Notes under the pieces: generated by a model
Databases searched by the model: none
What the model saw: only the letters and a program-made list of their open reading frames with translations
Told to the model about the DNA's origin: nothing
In this document: positions 27,271-40,379 of the stretch, in pieces
Position numbering within the stretch: position 1 is the stretch's first letter
Layout: every line of letters starts with the position of its first letter
NCBI GenBank assembly: GCA_028023455.1
Contig: JAQFVV010000003.1
Span: forward strand, 12,028,001 to 12,092,000
DNA length: 64,000 nucleotides
Source of the DNA: Epiperipatus broadwayi
Taxonomy: Eukaryota > Animalia > Onychophora
Direction: 5' to 3'
Program-made: the position numbers and the translations under genes

Positions 27271-27557
27271 ATAAAATTGTTTTAGGTATGTAAAAACGTG
27301 GAACTAATAGCTGAATTTTGAAAAATATTCCTGTTGAAACCAAAGTATATACATATGAAAGTTAAGGATTGAAATAATTACATTACTAATAATTTTTTTT
27401 TTTTTTTACTTTTATGTCATGAGTTTTATATTAAGTAAAGAGATAAAATCAGATTTAATGAATGGTATTATTATTACTGGCATGTTAAAAAAAAAAAAAA
27501 AAAAATAAGTCTCAAGAGTTTATGGTTCTTACACATATATAATTAAAGAGAAAAATT

Positions 27558-28040
27558 AAACAACCAAAACTCTCCATACAGTAGGGCCACTCAGTGCAAG
27601 CCAGAATAATCAATGGATACCAGAAGGCTTGTGCATAAAATTCCTATCTAGTACCTGCTCATCCAATATTCCCTGACTAGTTCTAGCTTGTGGCTTTCGT
27701 CACTAGCACTGCACCTAGATCTTAGGATCGAATGCAACTCTCCCATATAGGCTAATGAGTTTAGATTGAAAATATTGTGCTTTCAATTTTATTCTCATAG
27801 TTTTGTAGTTAAGTAGAGATAAAAGATGGCTACCAGAGAGTTGCATTAGATCCTAAGATCTAGGTGCAATGCCCTCAGATCCAAGGCTCCTCACTGACAA
27901 AAGCCACAAGCCAGAAACTAGTCTGAGCATATTGGACGAGTAGACATTAGATAGGGATTTTATGCACAAGCCTTCTGGCATTAATTGATTACTCTGGCTC
28001 GCACTGAGTGGCACTACTGTATGGAGAGTTTTGCCTGTTT
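27558..28040. mobile_element. Foldback element B: inverted arms of about 190-205 bp, each with a hammerhead
   Basis: 27558-27743 is the diverged reverse complement of 27836-28040, with a spacer of about 90 bp and possible TA flanks. Confidence 0.9.
27880..27936 (+). ncRNA. Type I hammerhead ribozyme (element B right arm)
   Basis: TCCAA GGCTC CTCA CTGACAA A AGC CACAA GCC A GAAA CTAG TC TGAG CATA TTGGA. Stem I is CUCA/UGAG plus UCCAA/UUGGA, stem III is the palindrome ACUAGU, and the triplet is GUC. The left arm (27662-27705, minus) keeps UGACGA and AGC/GCU. Confidence 0.78.
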
Positions 28041-31000
28041 TAAAGAGAAAGATGTAATCCATGAAGAACTGAATATTATGAGACCTTAAATTTATGTGGT
28101 TCTGATACTTATATTTTACTACATTTTAAAAATTGTTTTGAAATAGTACATCAGTCTGAAGATGACTAATATTATAAATGAAACATAGCAATGAAAATGT
28201 AATACAAGCATATGATCTCAAAATATTGTTTATATTTAATTGAATTTATGATTGTATAGATTATGGAGAAGTACAAATTTAAGAACTGCAATCAGTATCT
28301 AAGTCAACATTCAAGTATCTATAGATTAAATACTAGTTATTTAAGCTCTTAATCAAAAACTATATTTTCTTATCTTTTCAAATGCATCGATTTAGTTTGG
28401 TTTACAACTAGATATGAAAGAGTCATGAGGGATTTTTTTTGTTAAAATGCTCTTCTAACTATTACTAAACAAAATTTGGCAAATAGATGACAAAAATTGT
28501 CATTTTTATTTTACATTGCATGTAAAACACCAAAACTAAATTATATAAAAAAATATTGACATAAAAGATGTTAAATTAAAATAGTTCTATAAATGTTTTC
28601 TCTTTGCTATTAAAGGGATATGCTTCATATCAGAACTCAAGAAAATAAAAGAATATATTAAACATAAAATAATGCACAGAAGGGGAAAAAAAACCAGTTC
28701 CAATTTAATGGTTTTTAATATAGTTGTGTAAATCCTACATAAATTAGCCAATATTATTCAAATATAATATAGTCCATTCTATATAATTAAGAATGCAAGT
28801 CTTTAAACTAGAATATATGCAAAATAAACTTAAATCTTCTAATCTCTTCAAAACATTTATATAATTATTATATTACTATCTTCATTGTAACAAACAAAGG
28901 AATATAACTATGATATAATGGAATAAACTTGATTAAAAAGCTCTTAAATTAATAATTCAGTCATGATTTTTATTTTTTATCAGTCTACATGGTTACAATA
29001 TTACCTTGAGTCATGTGGCAAATTACAAGCTGTAATCATTAAGGAATGCATATTAGAGTCAAACAGTTATCACAGTGATCAGTCATCTTGAAAAAGTTTT
29101 ATGATGGTAATAAACTAAAATAAAATAAAATAGTAAATTGAATATTTTATGATGAACAAGCATAATTTCAATAGTGAAAGTGACTTTGATCTAAAGTTGG
29201 TAGCAAAGTATGCTTAACATTAAAGAAGAAAATGTATAATTATTTCATTGATTTTCAGGATCTACTCAGAAGTTTCCATTCATAAGATGACTTGGTTTGT
29301 TTTGAAGTTGTACAAAGCAGAATTCAACATTTTCTCTCTTCTTTTAAGAAAGAAAATATTTCAAAAGGTTAAAATGAAGAATAATTATAAGAAATGATAA
29401 CTAAAAAATAAAAAAAAGGTGCTAACGATCATATAAAGAAAACAAGCTTTTAGCAAACATTCAATAAAATATAGAATGAATACAAAAGTTCATCCAAGAG
29501 GAGCTAATATAAGAAACAACTTAAAGATACACCAATATTGAAGATTATACAAACAAAAGCAAGATCTTTAGATATGCATACTGTTTGGATTCTAGAAGAA
29601 TATTGTTTAGAGATGCAATGGTTTTAATATATATATATCTGTCCTATCTCTCACTAGAGATTTAAATTCTTGCAGAACTTGAAAATTGTTTCAGATATTG
29701 AAAGATTTTTAAGCAAGCCTAGAATTTTTTCTGGTAGTCAATTCATAGCTAACCCAGTAATTTGCCAATTATTGGTTGATAAAATAGCTTTCTAATTATT
29801 CTTAGTTAGAGAGTATGATCCCACATTGTAATCAATTGTTCTAATAAGTATCAATATATTGCAACTTTATCAAACACTTTTTTTTTTTGCATTGACATTC
29901 TTTTTAGATAAATACATTGATTATTATTCTTTTTTTTTTTTTAAGTGAAAGATTATCATATTTTTAATTCAGATATAAAAATTAAGCTTAATTAAAGATT
30001 AATACTATAAATGTAATTTATCTAAAAAAGATGTCAAATTTGTGAATGAAAATGATTGGTATTTATAGATTAATAAATACTGTACAGAACAAAATAATGA
30101 AGATATGGAAACGTGATTTGAGCAATTGAAGAATTCTGGTTCAGCTAGAAATGCACTTTGAAGTCATTTGCATTTTCAGATGTCTTCATTCATATATTTA
30201 CAGTGTGTGTTGATATACAAGTTTCAAATATATTTAAGATACTATATAAGAAAAAAGAAAGGATGGAATTAGATTAATGCTATCATTAATGCCATGTGAT
30301 TGTATTTAATAAGAATAGATATATTAAATCTCAAGTTTAAAGTTTATATCTGGGCTAAAAATGATGTGATATCTCCAGCATATAATGTATTTATCGTAAG
30401 AAGATATTGTCTAATCTGTGAATGTAAAAAAATTAACACTTATAGATCAAATTATAATAATATGTTATTGATAAATATGGAACTAAAAGAATAAAGTCAT
30501 GAAAGATTATAACCTGGGCCCAACTGAAGATTACTGATTCAGCCAGAAGTTTATTTTTATATTTATTTACCTTTTTCACATGTTTTTATTCATGTATTTG
30601 AAGTGTGTATTGAAATAAAGGTTTCAGCTGTATTTAAAATATCAATGTGCTGGTCATGAAACTAAAAAAAAGAAGCTTTTTATATGACGAAGTTATCACT
30701 TCTATTGAGGGAATAATTTATATTAGCTCTGAACCTATCTTTTTTTTAATTGCTTAACCACAACAAACAATGGGCAGATGTCAGAATTGGACAAAATGCT
30801 ATGGCATTAATTAGACTGTGAAATCGTGCTCATTGATGATAATTTGGGCTTTAAAAGTTTGGTTTGTCATTAATCTCAAATCTGATATGTATAATTTTGA
30901 GTGCCTAAAATATTTATTGGTTATATATTTCCGGAGTTCTAATTAAGGGGATAAGTTAATTTGAAGTATCATGACTAATGATCAATTATTTGCTCATTGT

Positions 31001-34000
31001 AGTTTATTGGCTTGATTATTAGATTTATCTGATAGAAAACAGAAATATGTGCTTGTATTAGTAAACACAGAATATTGTTTAGTGATGCAGTGATTTTAAT
31101 ACATTATCTGTCCTATCTGCCACTAGAGATTCATCATTTGATCACATCAAATTGTTATTGAGTTAATGCAACTGATAATGATTAGAAAAGCAGCAGAAAC
31201 AAGCTTTTTGTAAATTCTGTGAAGTTTTTTTGTTATTAAGATTACAGGATTTTTGATTTTTATTCCCTGCTATATAAATATTGTCTAACTTTATGGGCAC
31301 TAAATAGTAAACGTATTCCATGATTGGTTTTTCAATTATTAGCTTACTTCATAGATTATTGATTTTTCACTTAGTCAGCTTTCTTCATAATTGTGAAATG
31401 AGTCATTGTTATTAAGAAAATTAACAGAAACTTGTCACAAAAAATGTTTGCACTGATCTAGAATTCATCTTAATTAGGGTTCTGATCTAAATAGATTATC
31501 ATTGTTTAATGAGCCAGTGAATGCTAGTAAATTGTGATGTTTAATCTTGATATATTATTAATATAATGGAATCTTGACCTTTTATTATTCTTTAACTTTT
31601 CATGGGTATCATAGGACTGCAATAATTCTTCATGTAACTCTTTTTTTTTTTTTTGCTATTTGTTCATCTTATCTCATGACTTTCTAAATGTCTTAAACTT
31701 CTCTAAAGTAGCCATATAAAAAATATACTAAATAATGTATCACGTGATTTTTCTCAGCTTACTTTTTATATCTGCATTAGGAGCAGAATGTTAATGAAGG
31801 CTGATTTTGATGATTTGAAGATGTTACAATTATTCAGAAAGCAATAGACAGTGTATTATATTCCTACTCTATTCATTTAAAATCATTCTAGTTCGCCTTG
31901 CAATATTTTTTATCTTTTGTAGTATATAGTTTGTAAGCTATCTTTGATGTTCAATCTCTAGTTGAACAAATTTTTTGAATTCTTAATTTGTTTAGTTATG
32001 TATCTTTTAGGTACATTAATCAACTTAAAATATATATTTCTTATAATATCATATTTTTGTTGTATTGGGTGTCGCAACATGAATTTAAATTATCCTCACC
32101 TAATATGATATATGAGTATTGAAACAGATTAATTACCATTTAAAACATTCAATCTCTACAATCAAATTGATTGTAATGAAATCACATAAATAGAAATGTC
32201 TGATTGTCATTTCTTTATGTGAATAGGTATTTCACATTTTGACCTCTATGCTCGTTTATCAAATGAGAACATAGGCTAATATACATGTGTCTACATATGA
32301 TAATACAAATTATTGCTTTCAATGATTTATTGTTGTTTTGTTTAGTTTAGAATGATATCTTTCTCTTTATTATAGAGGCAAAATATAAGGGATTGGGTAA
32401 AATAAAGAGCTGTTATGGCAGGCAGCTATATTCTTGCAAGCAGTTTGTAGATATTTTGGCATCTAAAGTAAAGAGTTAAAAGAATTGTTACAACTAACTG
32501 ATTCAATGTAAGCATGATGTTTAATATAGATACTTTTATTTGAATGTGTGTATTAGCTTGGATATACTACTTGCATTAATTTTTGGTAATGTTTACTCCA
32601 GTAGGATTATTTCAAAAAATTAATTTTCATTTGACTAATTATTTGAAGTAGAAAAGCCAAATTTCAGATATTTTTTTTTATACAATCAGTTTTGGCATCA
32701 TTAACGTACATTTTTTAAAAATACAAGTTTCTTTATTAACTAATATTTTTCTTATATTTTATTTTAAAATTCTTTAAGTAATAATATTATTCATCATCTA
32801 CAGTTCTGTTAATTTGCCTCTATACATATGTGGTAGGAAATGATGGAGCATTAGACATATGTAAGAGCTATAGTTATATTACACGGAAGTTTTAAAACAA
32901 AACTTTTATAATATAGTTTTGATTTCAATAATTTGGATTAAATTATGTTAAAAGAAACGAATAGCAGTGCAGTCAAAGTAATGGCTGATTTCTAAATAAA
33001 TGATCTTTTGTGACCATTTGTTATTCTTTCTCTGTTATTCAAATTTGAGTTTATATAATTATGATTGAGTTTAAATTAGAGAAAAGATTTGATATATACT
33101 ACTAGAATTTTCAAAACTTTACCTAACTTCTATCAATTGCTTGCTTGATCGTGACATCCTGGTCTTCAACTGCTGAATCTTCCTTTTAGCAAAAAAACAT
33201 ACATGCATTTGAAAATTATTTTTTATGGTTTTCCAGCCTTTGTTAATATTTACCTCATTCCAACTGGATAAACATAAATTAAAGGATTCAATATATACAG
33301 GTTATGCTAGAATGCAATCCCTGTAAGTGATTTATTATCATTTTTTACTGTGTTTTTTGATTTTGTTGTTTGCTTTTTTATTATAAATCAATATACAGGA
33401 AAGCCTTTTCTTATGACTTAAGTAAATAATTCTTAACAAATTTTTTATAAAATTTGACCACTTCAGGTTTCGGTTTACTCACTCACAGTGACTGAATACT
33501 TCTTACACTCATAGTGACTGAATACCTCTTATGAAATAATATAATGCTTTTTTTTTGATAAACAATATTTTCGCATTTTATACCAGAAGGGAATTATGAT
33601 TTAAATAAAGTTCATTTTAAGTAAACTTGTGGAATGAATAACTTATGTCAATCAAAAATCTTTGGCATATAAATGATCTTAGTAAAAAAAGAGAAGATAT
33701 TCTTTTGTACAAAAAGATATTTAACTCTTTGTAAGAGTTGATTGCTGAAAAGTTTTGATTTTTGGTAGATTGATTTATTATTTTAAAGTTAACCATCAAC
33801 TGAATAAAGAAAATGCCAACCAATTTAAGCGGTTAATTTATGTGATAAATGGACCATGTATAGTATGATATTTGACCCTCTGCATATATACTATATTTAT
33901 TTACACATGCATACATATAGAGTAATCCAAAGTTTGAGAGATCATCTTTTTAGTAGCAATTATTTTCATGCATTAATTAGAAAAAAATTTACAATAGAAA

Positions 34001-35223
34001 TTATGAGGACTTGCAGTAGATTTTAGAAAAATTTGAAATTGTTTGTTACTTTTGAACTACTACATTTTTGCACCATCATTAGCAGCAACTCTTAAATGAA
34101 TGTGGCCAGGAAAAAGTATACAAAAAGAGAGATAAAGAAGGATTAAAAAGTTTAAAATAAGAAAATATATATATATAAGTAAAATATCATTATTCTGAAA
34201 TTCCTGAATCTAGCCTTTTTTGATTTTTTTCTTATTTCAAGAATAGAGAGATTCTTTACTACTTCGTTGCAACCCATATTCTGGGCAAAAGTGTAAATAA
34301 ATATTAATTGTATTATCTGTTGTTTTGTTTATTTATAAATACTGTATACTGGATACATTTATATTATTAATTAAAATTTAAAACTTTAAAATACAAAATA
34401 GTTTATTTTTTTATTGGTACAAAAAAAAATTTGTGGCAAAAATTAAAACAATAATACTGTATACTTTATTTTTACTGATTAATTCCATTGTTTTTTAATT
34501 TTTTGTTTAAAATCTAATCAGTTTTTTTAACTACTTAATATTATCTTTTTAAAAAAAAAGTAATTAAACCATTTAACATAAATTAAAGAATTGTTGGATT
34601 AATAATGGGGGGGGGGGGTAGATCATTGCAATCAGGTTTATTAACATAGATTTTTACTGAATGCTTTTTTTTTACTTTTATTAATAAATGTGTCCATAAA
34701 CTAATATATTTATTGTGAAAGATTAAAGATTCCCCATTGAAATTTTATTTGGATAATAGGTATTCAAATTCATAGTAGTCTACTTGTAATAACCAACTTC
34801 ATATAATTGATACATATTTTTAGATTCTGTGGAAGTCTCAAAAGCATTAACATTATCACAGTTATTTTTAAAGATCAGTTTTATATATTTTTATATGGTT
34901 TTTTTTTTTTGTCTATCCTAATCTAATTGAAACTTTCTCAATGACAATATTTTTTTTTTTTTTTTTTTAGAGTTTGGAAACAATGGGAACAAAAAAAAAA
35001 ATAGTGAAAAATTTAAGTTGTAATTTTGTATAGTATTCAGGGCTCTTTAAGACTGCTATATAGTGGTATTACTATAGAAAGAAAAATTGGAACAAAATAA
35101 TGTTCATCATTCTACATAAACTATTTAATATTAGGGTATGAGCACAGACTTTCACACGACCCACCACTCTCCACTCCATCTAATAACACTGATACACTTA
35201 AACATACATATGTTGAAAAGATA

Positions 35224-35284
35224 AATAATCACCAATATACGTATTTCATGCTAAACCAGCAATCATCAGTTGGTCCAGATTATC
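35224..35284 (-). ncRNA. Type I hammerhead ribozyme (element C left arm)
   Basis: Reverse complement of 35635-35695, with one change in the stem I internal loop. Confidence 0.8.
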
Positions 35285-35634
35285 ATCTCTACACATATAT
35301 ACTATAAGTGCTCAGATATATATTAAGATAGACAATCCTCATACTTTAATGGACAGGCTTCAATCTACTCCACACTCCAACTCTTCAACTGTCCATCCAA
35401 TTGAAAATCTGATGATGGAATGCTCAAAGGCCACCCTGAGGCCAAGATTATTGTCACACCCATGTTGACCTAAGGTCAATCTGAACCCCACATGTACAGG
35501 ACATAATCCATTAAATACATTTTCAATTGGATGGACAGTTGGAGTGTGGAGTAGATTGAAGCCTGTCCATTAAAGTATGAGGATTGTCTATCTTAATATA
35601 TATCTGAGCACTTATAGTATATATGTGTAGAGAT

Positions 35635-35695
35635 GATAATTTGGACCAACTGATGATTGCTGGTTTAGCATGAAATACGTATATTGGTGATTATT
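35635..35695 (+). ncRNA. Type I hammerhead ribozyme (element C right arm)
   Basis: GATAAT TTGG ACCAA CTGATGA T TGCTG GTT TAGCA T GAAA TACGTA TA TTGGT G ATTATT. The CUGAUGA/GAAA core is perfect, stem I is 5 bp plus 6 bp, stem II is 5 bp, and stem III is the 8-nt palindrome AUACGUAU. Predicted cleavage is after AUA (35683). Confidence 0.82.
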
Positions 35696-36691
35696 TATCT
35701 TTTCAACATATGTATGTTTAAGTGTATCAGTGTTATTAGATGGAGTGGAGAGTGGTGGGTCGTGTGAAAGTCTGTGCTCATACCCTAATATTACATATAT
35801 ATAGACACAGGTATAAATAAGCCTATGTTTCAGTTATAAACTATTTCTAACCAAAATGATAATTAAAAATAAATCTCGGAGGGAAAAAAATAACTAATGT
35901 TGATCTTTAACAAAGCAGGAACTTATGTTTTTTTTTTTTGCTTTGACAATTAGAAAGAATACTTTATTTTTTTAAAAAAAAATGTATTTTATATTATTTA
36001 GCAAATTCTAAACTTTGTTGAGATTTCATAATTCTTCATGCCATTTTAGTATCATTAAATGTGGTGTAATATTATTTAGAAAAGTGAGCTAAGCTAGGAT
36101 ATAAAAGATGCCATCTTAAGTTTATGAATTCCAAGAAGATTTTTGACTCTTCAAATTAATTTTTATTAATTTTACTTAAATGAACAAAAAGATTTTTATT
36201 TATTTATTAAGTAAGTGCATTTAAAAAAGTCTGGCATTTAAAAAATAGTTTTAAATTTGTTAATAATTTTTTATTTTTCTCTTTAAGTTTTAAATAAGTT
36301 GTAAAACTGAAAAGTAGGAAATAAATATAAAAATAAAAGCTCTTGAAAAAAAAGCACTAAAAAGTAAAAAAATAAAAGTATATGGCATTCATGTTCAAAA
36401 ATAGTCTTAAGAATAGTTTTAAACATAAGTTATGTGCAATTTTATTTTGGTTTCATAATATTTAAGAATATTATGAAAGCTGAAGAAAATTCTTAGCACA
36501 TTTTTTTTTATTAATGCATTTCAATAAAAGTGTTTTTATTTATTTATATATATTATTTTTGTTTAATTTGTGTAATATTTTGAGACAAATTTCCTGATTA
36601 TTTTAACCACTTCAGCTTCTTTACTCTTATTGAATGATTAATTCTTATGTGGATGAGCTAATTTGTATTTTTATTGGGGAATTCAATAATT

Positions 36692-37236
36692 TGAACTTAA
36701 ATGTTGGACTATTTCCATCATCTAACATTAAATCATTAATGTCTTTAAAAAAAATTTTAAACTTATATTTAAATTTTTCAATTACATTCAACTGTTAAAA
36801 AACCCATAGGTTAATATATACCCAACATTTCGAGTGGTTTTATTCACTTCTTCAGGTGTTGCTGGCCTTATCAGTGATAATACTAACATGGAAATTGAAT
36901 CTGTATGTTTAGAGTCTTGAATATTAAATTTTAAAGTTACATTAAAATTCAATATTCAAGAATCTAAAGGTTTCAGGTTCAATTCCCATTCTAATAATTT
37001 AGTATTCAAGAATCTAAAGGTCCAGATTCAAGTCCCATGCTAGTAGGGTCATTGGGTAGGCCAGCAACATTTGAAGAAAAGAGAATAACACCACTCAAAA
37101 TGTTGTGTATATACTAACCCATGTGTTATTACTAACGGTTGAATGTAAATGGAAAATTTAAATGTTTACATTTTTTTCTAAAGACATTCATGATTTAATG
37201 TTAGATGATGGAAATAATCCATCATTTAAAGTACAT
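36692..37236. mobile_element. Foldback element D: old inverted arms of about 240 bp with decayed hammerheads
   Basis: 36692-36930 is the reverse complement of about 36997-37236. The minus strand at 36822-36860 reads CAACAC CTGAAGA AGTG AATAAAAC CACTC GAAA TGTTG. The plus strand at 37065-37108 is the decayed twin. Confidence 0.82.
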
Positions 37237-37799
37237 CTAAAATATTATCATCAGAAAACTTCAGGCAAACATTCAGTAATTTGGTTTAGTAATTGGAATA
37301 GGATTTGCTTCAATTAATTAACAAAAGACTATGACTTCAGATTTTAAAATTAATATGTGACATTATAATGTACTTTTTTTGAAATTCACTATAACAATAT
37401 TATTATAGTAAGAGTTGATGGCGCTGCCCTGAGCAGTGGCAGTATTAAGAGTTAAAGGTTCTTGGATCAATTCCGTGATCAATTTGTTATCTGGATTTTC
37501 AGATGTCATATGAACTTCTGAGCAATCAACCATGTTTGTTTATTTTACTATTTTGTTTTTGATTAGTTGTGGGCAAAGAATTGCAATAAAAGTTTGACAT
37601 TTTTTCATACTTAGAGCATACGTGTATGTGAACTTTAATGAGACATAAAATGGAAAATCACTTTAATTTTAAGAACACATCTCAAAATTTAATCTACTTT
37701 AAATTGTAGATGATCCATAATGAATTAGATTACAAGCATGTTTTTTTTACTAAAGTTTAAGCACTTGTTAAGATATATATATTTTACATCTTTTTTTAT

Positions 37800-38200
37800 A
37801 TCTGGACGTATTCATGGTAAAGATCTATGAAACATCCTTGTTACTGGTGAAGGCTGCATCATATCTGTCATGTCTTTTTTTTGGCAGCATATCAACCTCA
37901 TTTCATTAACCAAGAATATCTTGAGACTTTCCAAATGTTACTAGTATTTAAATACAATAATATTGTCTATATTGAACTAATGTAATTAGAAGAGATTTGA
38001 ACTCAGATAAGTAAGCAGAATTGAATAGAATTAGAGCTCTTCTGTTTTCTGAATTTTGCCTCTGGTTGCATCTGATGGAGCACAATAGTGACTATTATTA
38101 ATAATAATCACCATTCTTTTTGTCAAGAATTTGTTTTGGAGTTACTAAACCAAAATCTTGGGATAAATATAATTTCTTGGGGTATTATTATATTTATTTC
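37800..38200 (-). mobile_element. Possible hAT (Buster-like) transposase remnant
   Basis: Minus-strand frames give FNIDNII...HLESLKIFL and AAFTSNKDVS*IFTMN, resembling the HL..L...F and F.ST..CE..FS.MN motifs. Very decayed. Confidence 0.3.
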
Positions 38201-40031
38201 CCAACAGAATTGAGCATTTTCCAGGATTTTATTCAGTTATTGAATCTTCTAATGAAGTGAGATATATATTTATACATTTACAAAAGAAAAAAATCTTTTA
38301 TTTTTGAACTTTAATTGTTTAAAGCTTTTACTACAAGTTGTCAAAGTTGATAATTTAGTTTGGAATTTACATTCTCAGTTTGACAAAGATGTCCTTTTTT
38401 TTTTTAAACATGATGGTAGATTGTTTATTGTTGTTAAACAGTGATAAATTGATTTAGAATTGTGTTAGCAGAATCATATCAGAAAAACAAGAGATTTGTT
38501 TTATTTTTTATTTGCCTATTAAAACATATATACTATACATATTTGTTTTGTATAGCTATTTTTTAAAGACATTGATTCTTTTTCTAATATGGTACTTTAT
38601 TAATATTTTTTTTAATAATAATTAACTTGCTAGATTAATTTTTAGTAGTCTTTTTTCATTAGGTTGAACTCTCAATATATTTTGAATACCTTTAGATATT
38701 CCTATGTGAGAATTTGTTCAAGACTTGCCTCCAACCATTCAGAATCACCAAAAAATTGTAATTTTATCATATATTTTATTTTTGTATTGGGCTTAGACTT
38801 GTTTTTCCTATCCATGTCAGCATGTACATCATTGAGCTACCAACTTAAGGGCATGAGGTTTCCTATAAGTGATTTTATATATTTTCTTTTATCATAATTG
38901 CCATTAGGACCTCAGTAGTGATGCTGCAGAGTATTACAGATGTATGTAACTTGATAACTAAAGGTTGTTTGATTAGCATTCCATGTCTGGTGTTTGAACA
39001 ACCCACAATCTCCTGGTAAGATTTTATGATTCTAAAAAGTCATAATAAAAGTTAAATTAAAATTGCAATGGTGTTTTTCTTTAACTCTTAACAAAAATGA
39101 CATGATTTATTATATTTGTTATGTTCTGTGACCAAAGCAGGGGGATTTCTAGAGAGTAGGATATTATAATCAAGTGATAAAACTTCATTATCATTGATAA
39201 TTTTGCAATGATTGCCATATTTATAGCTATTTCATAATCTTAAATAAACATTTTATAGAATTTAATATATCAACCACACAGTTCTTTCCTTTTAAAATAG
39301 TTCATAAATATCCAATATATAAATAAACAAACAAACTCCTTTTAAAAACTTGCTTTTTATATGACTATAATCATCCATAAAGAATCCAACGTTTGACTTT
39401 TTTTTATAGTCTTTTTCAAGGCACACTAAAATATATATAATAATAATAAGTATCATATTCCAAAAAAAAAATTTTTTTTAAAATAATAATTACAAAATAT
39501 ATTCACAATCAAAAATTCACCTTATCTCATTCCCCTTTCTTATTGCAAACAATCACAACGTAATCACAAAAACCTTTTTTTAAATAAAAAAAAATCTATA
39601 TATATATCTTTTAAAACATTCAGTTAATAACCTATTATTTTATCTTCTCTTTTTCCATTAACATTCTCTTTAATTCTAGTTTTATTTCATTAATGTACAT
39701 ACCTTCCTTTATCATTCTTTCATTGTATAACTTAACACATTCCAAAGGCTTTATTTCAAAATCCCCATGCTTAAATTTATTCATGTGAATGTAAACAGCA
39801 GAATTTTTATCACCTAAATGCTGTTTTAATCTAGTTTTTAATTTATTCTATGTCATTTCTACATTCTCTCTAAAACAATCCAAACATTTTATCAAATAAA
39901 CTGAATTCATAATCTCTAACCTATTAGTCCCCATTATTATTAATTAAAAAATCTAAACTTGCTTTTTTTTTATAAACTGGACAAATTGAATCATTATATT
40001 TCCTATTAATCATTTTAACTAATTTCCTAAC

Positions 40032-40230
40032 TGTGATGTCTTACGATCCGTGATGATTTTTCTATCATGACGTCATTCAAGGAATGACTGCGGAACTAGA
40101 CTATTATTGTCTGCGGTATGAATGGTGACCGTAACTAGTAAACAAATACTATTTTGATAGCGCTAATTCGTTCTTAAAAATGATAACAAGTTCTTGGCTG
40201 GTTTGTTATTCTAGAGACTAAAACACTACA
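40032..40230 (+). repeat. 5' LTR (199 bp)
   Basis: TGTGATG...CACTACA. It differs from the 3' LTR by 2 transitions and one 3-bp indel. Confidence 0.95.
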
Positions 40231-40237
40231 CCAGTTT

Positions 40238-40255
40238 TGGCGACGAGGATGGGAT
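40238..40255 (+). other. Primer binding site complementary to tRNA-Ser(GCU) 3' end
   Basis: TGGCGACGAGGATGGGAT is the reverse complement of ...AUCCCAUCCUCGUCGCCA, the conserved animal tRNA-Ser(GCU) end. Confidence 0.88.
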
Positions 40256-40379
40256 ACGCGAGATACTAAAAATATATATTATATTTTAATTCAACAGTGT
40301 TCTTTATAATATTATTCTTAATCGTACGTAGGACGCCGAATTTTTTTTTACTCAAACTTTGTTTTCTATTGGATTTATA

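Larger units (their letters stand above)
35126..35793. mobile_element. Foldback element C: near-perfect inverted arms of 283 and 275 bp, each with a hammerhead
   Basis: 35126-35408 versus 35519-35793 differ by one substitution and one 8-nt indel (manual alignment). The spacer is 110 bp. Confidence 0.97.

Noticed and set aside
29636-31135. About 25-bp motif tatctgtcctatct..cactagagatt seen at about 29636 and 31107
   Set aside because: The homology is too short and does not extend. It is probably a fragment of a dispersed repeat.
35410-35450. CTGATGATGG...CCA in the spacer of palindrome C as a third hammerhead
   Set aside because: No GAAA follows the candidate stem II, and there is no stem I or III.
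38890-39020. Open stretch ending in a CTG|GTAAGA donor as a possible egl exon 2
   Set aside because: No frame encodes HDCRND or any other Egl-like motif.
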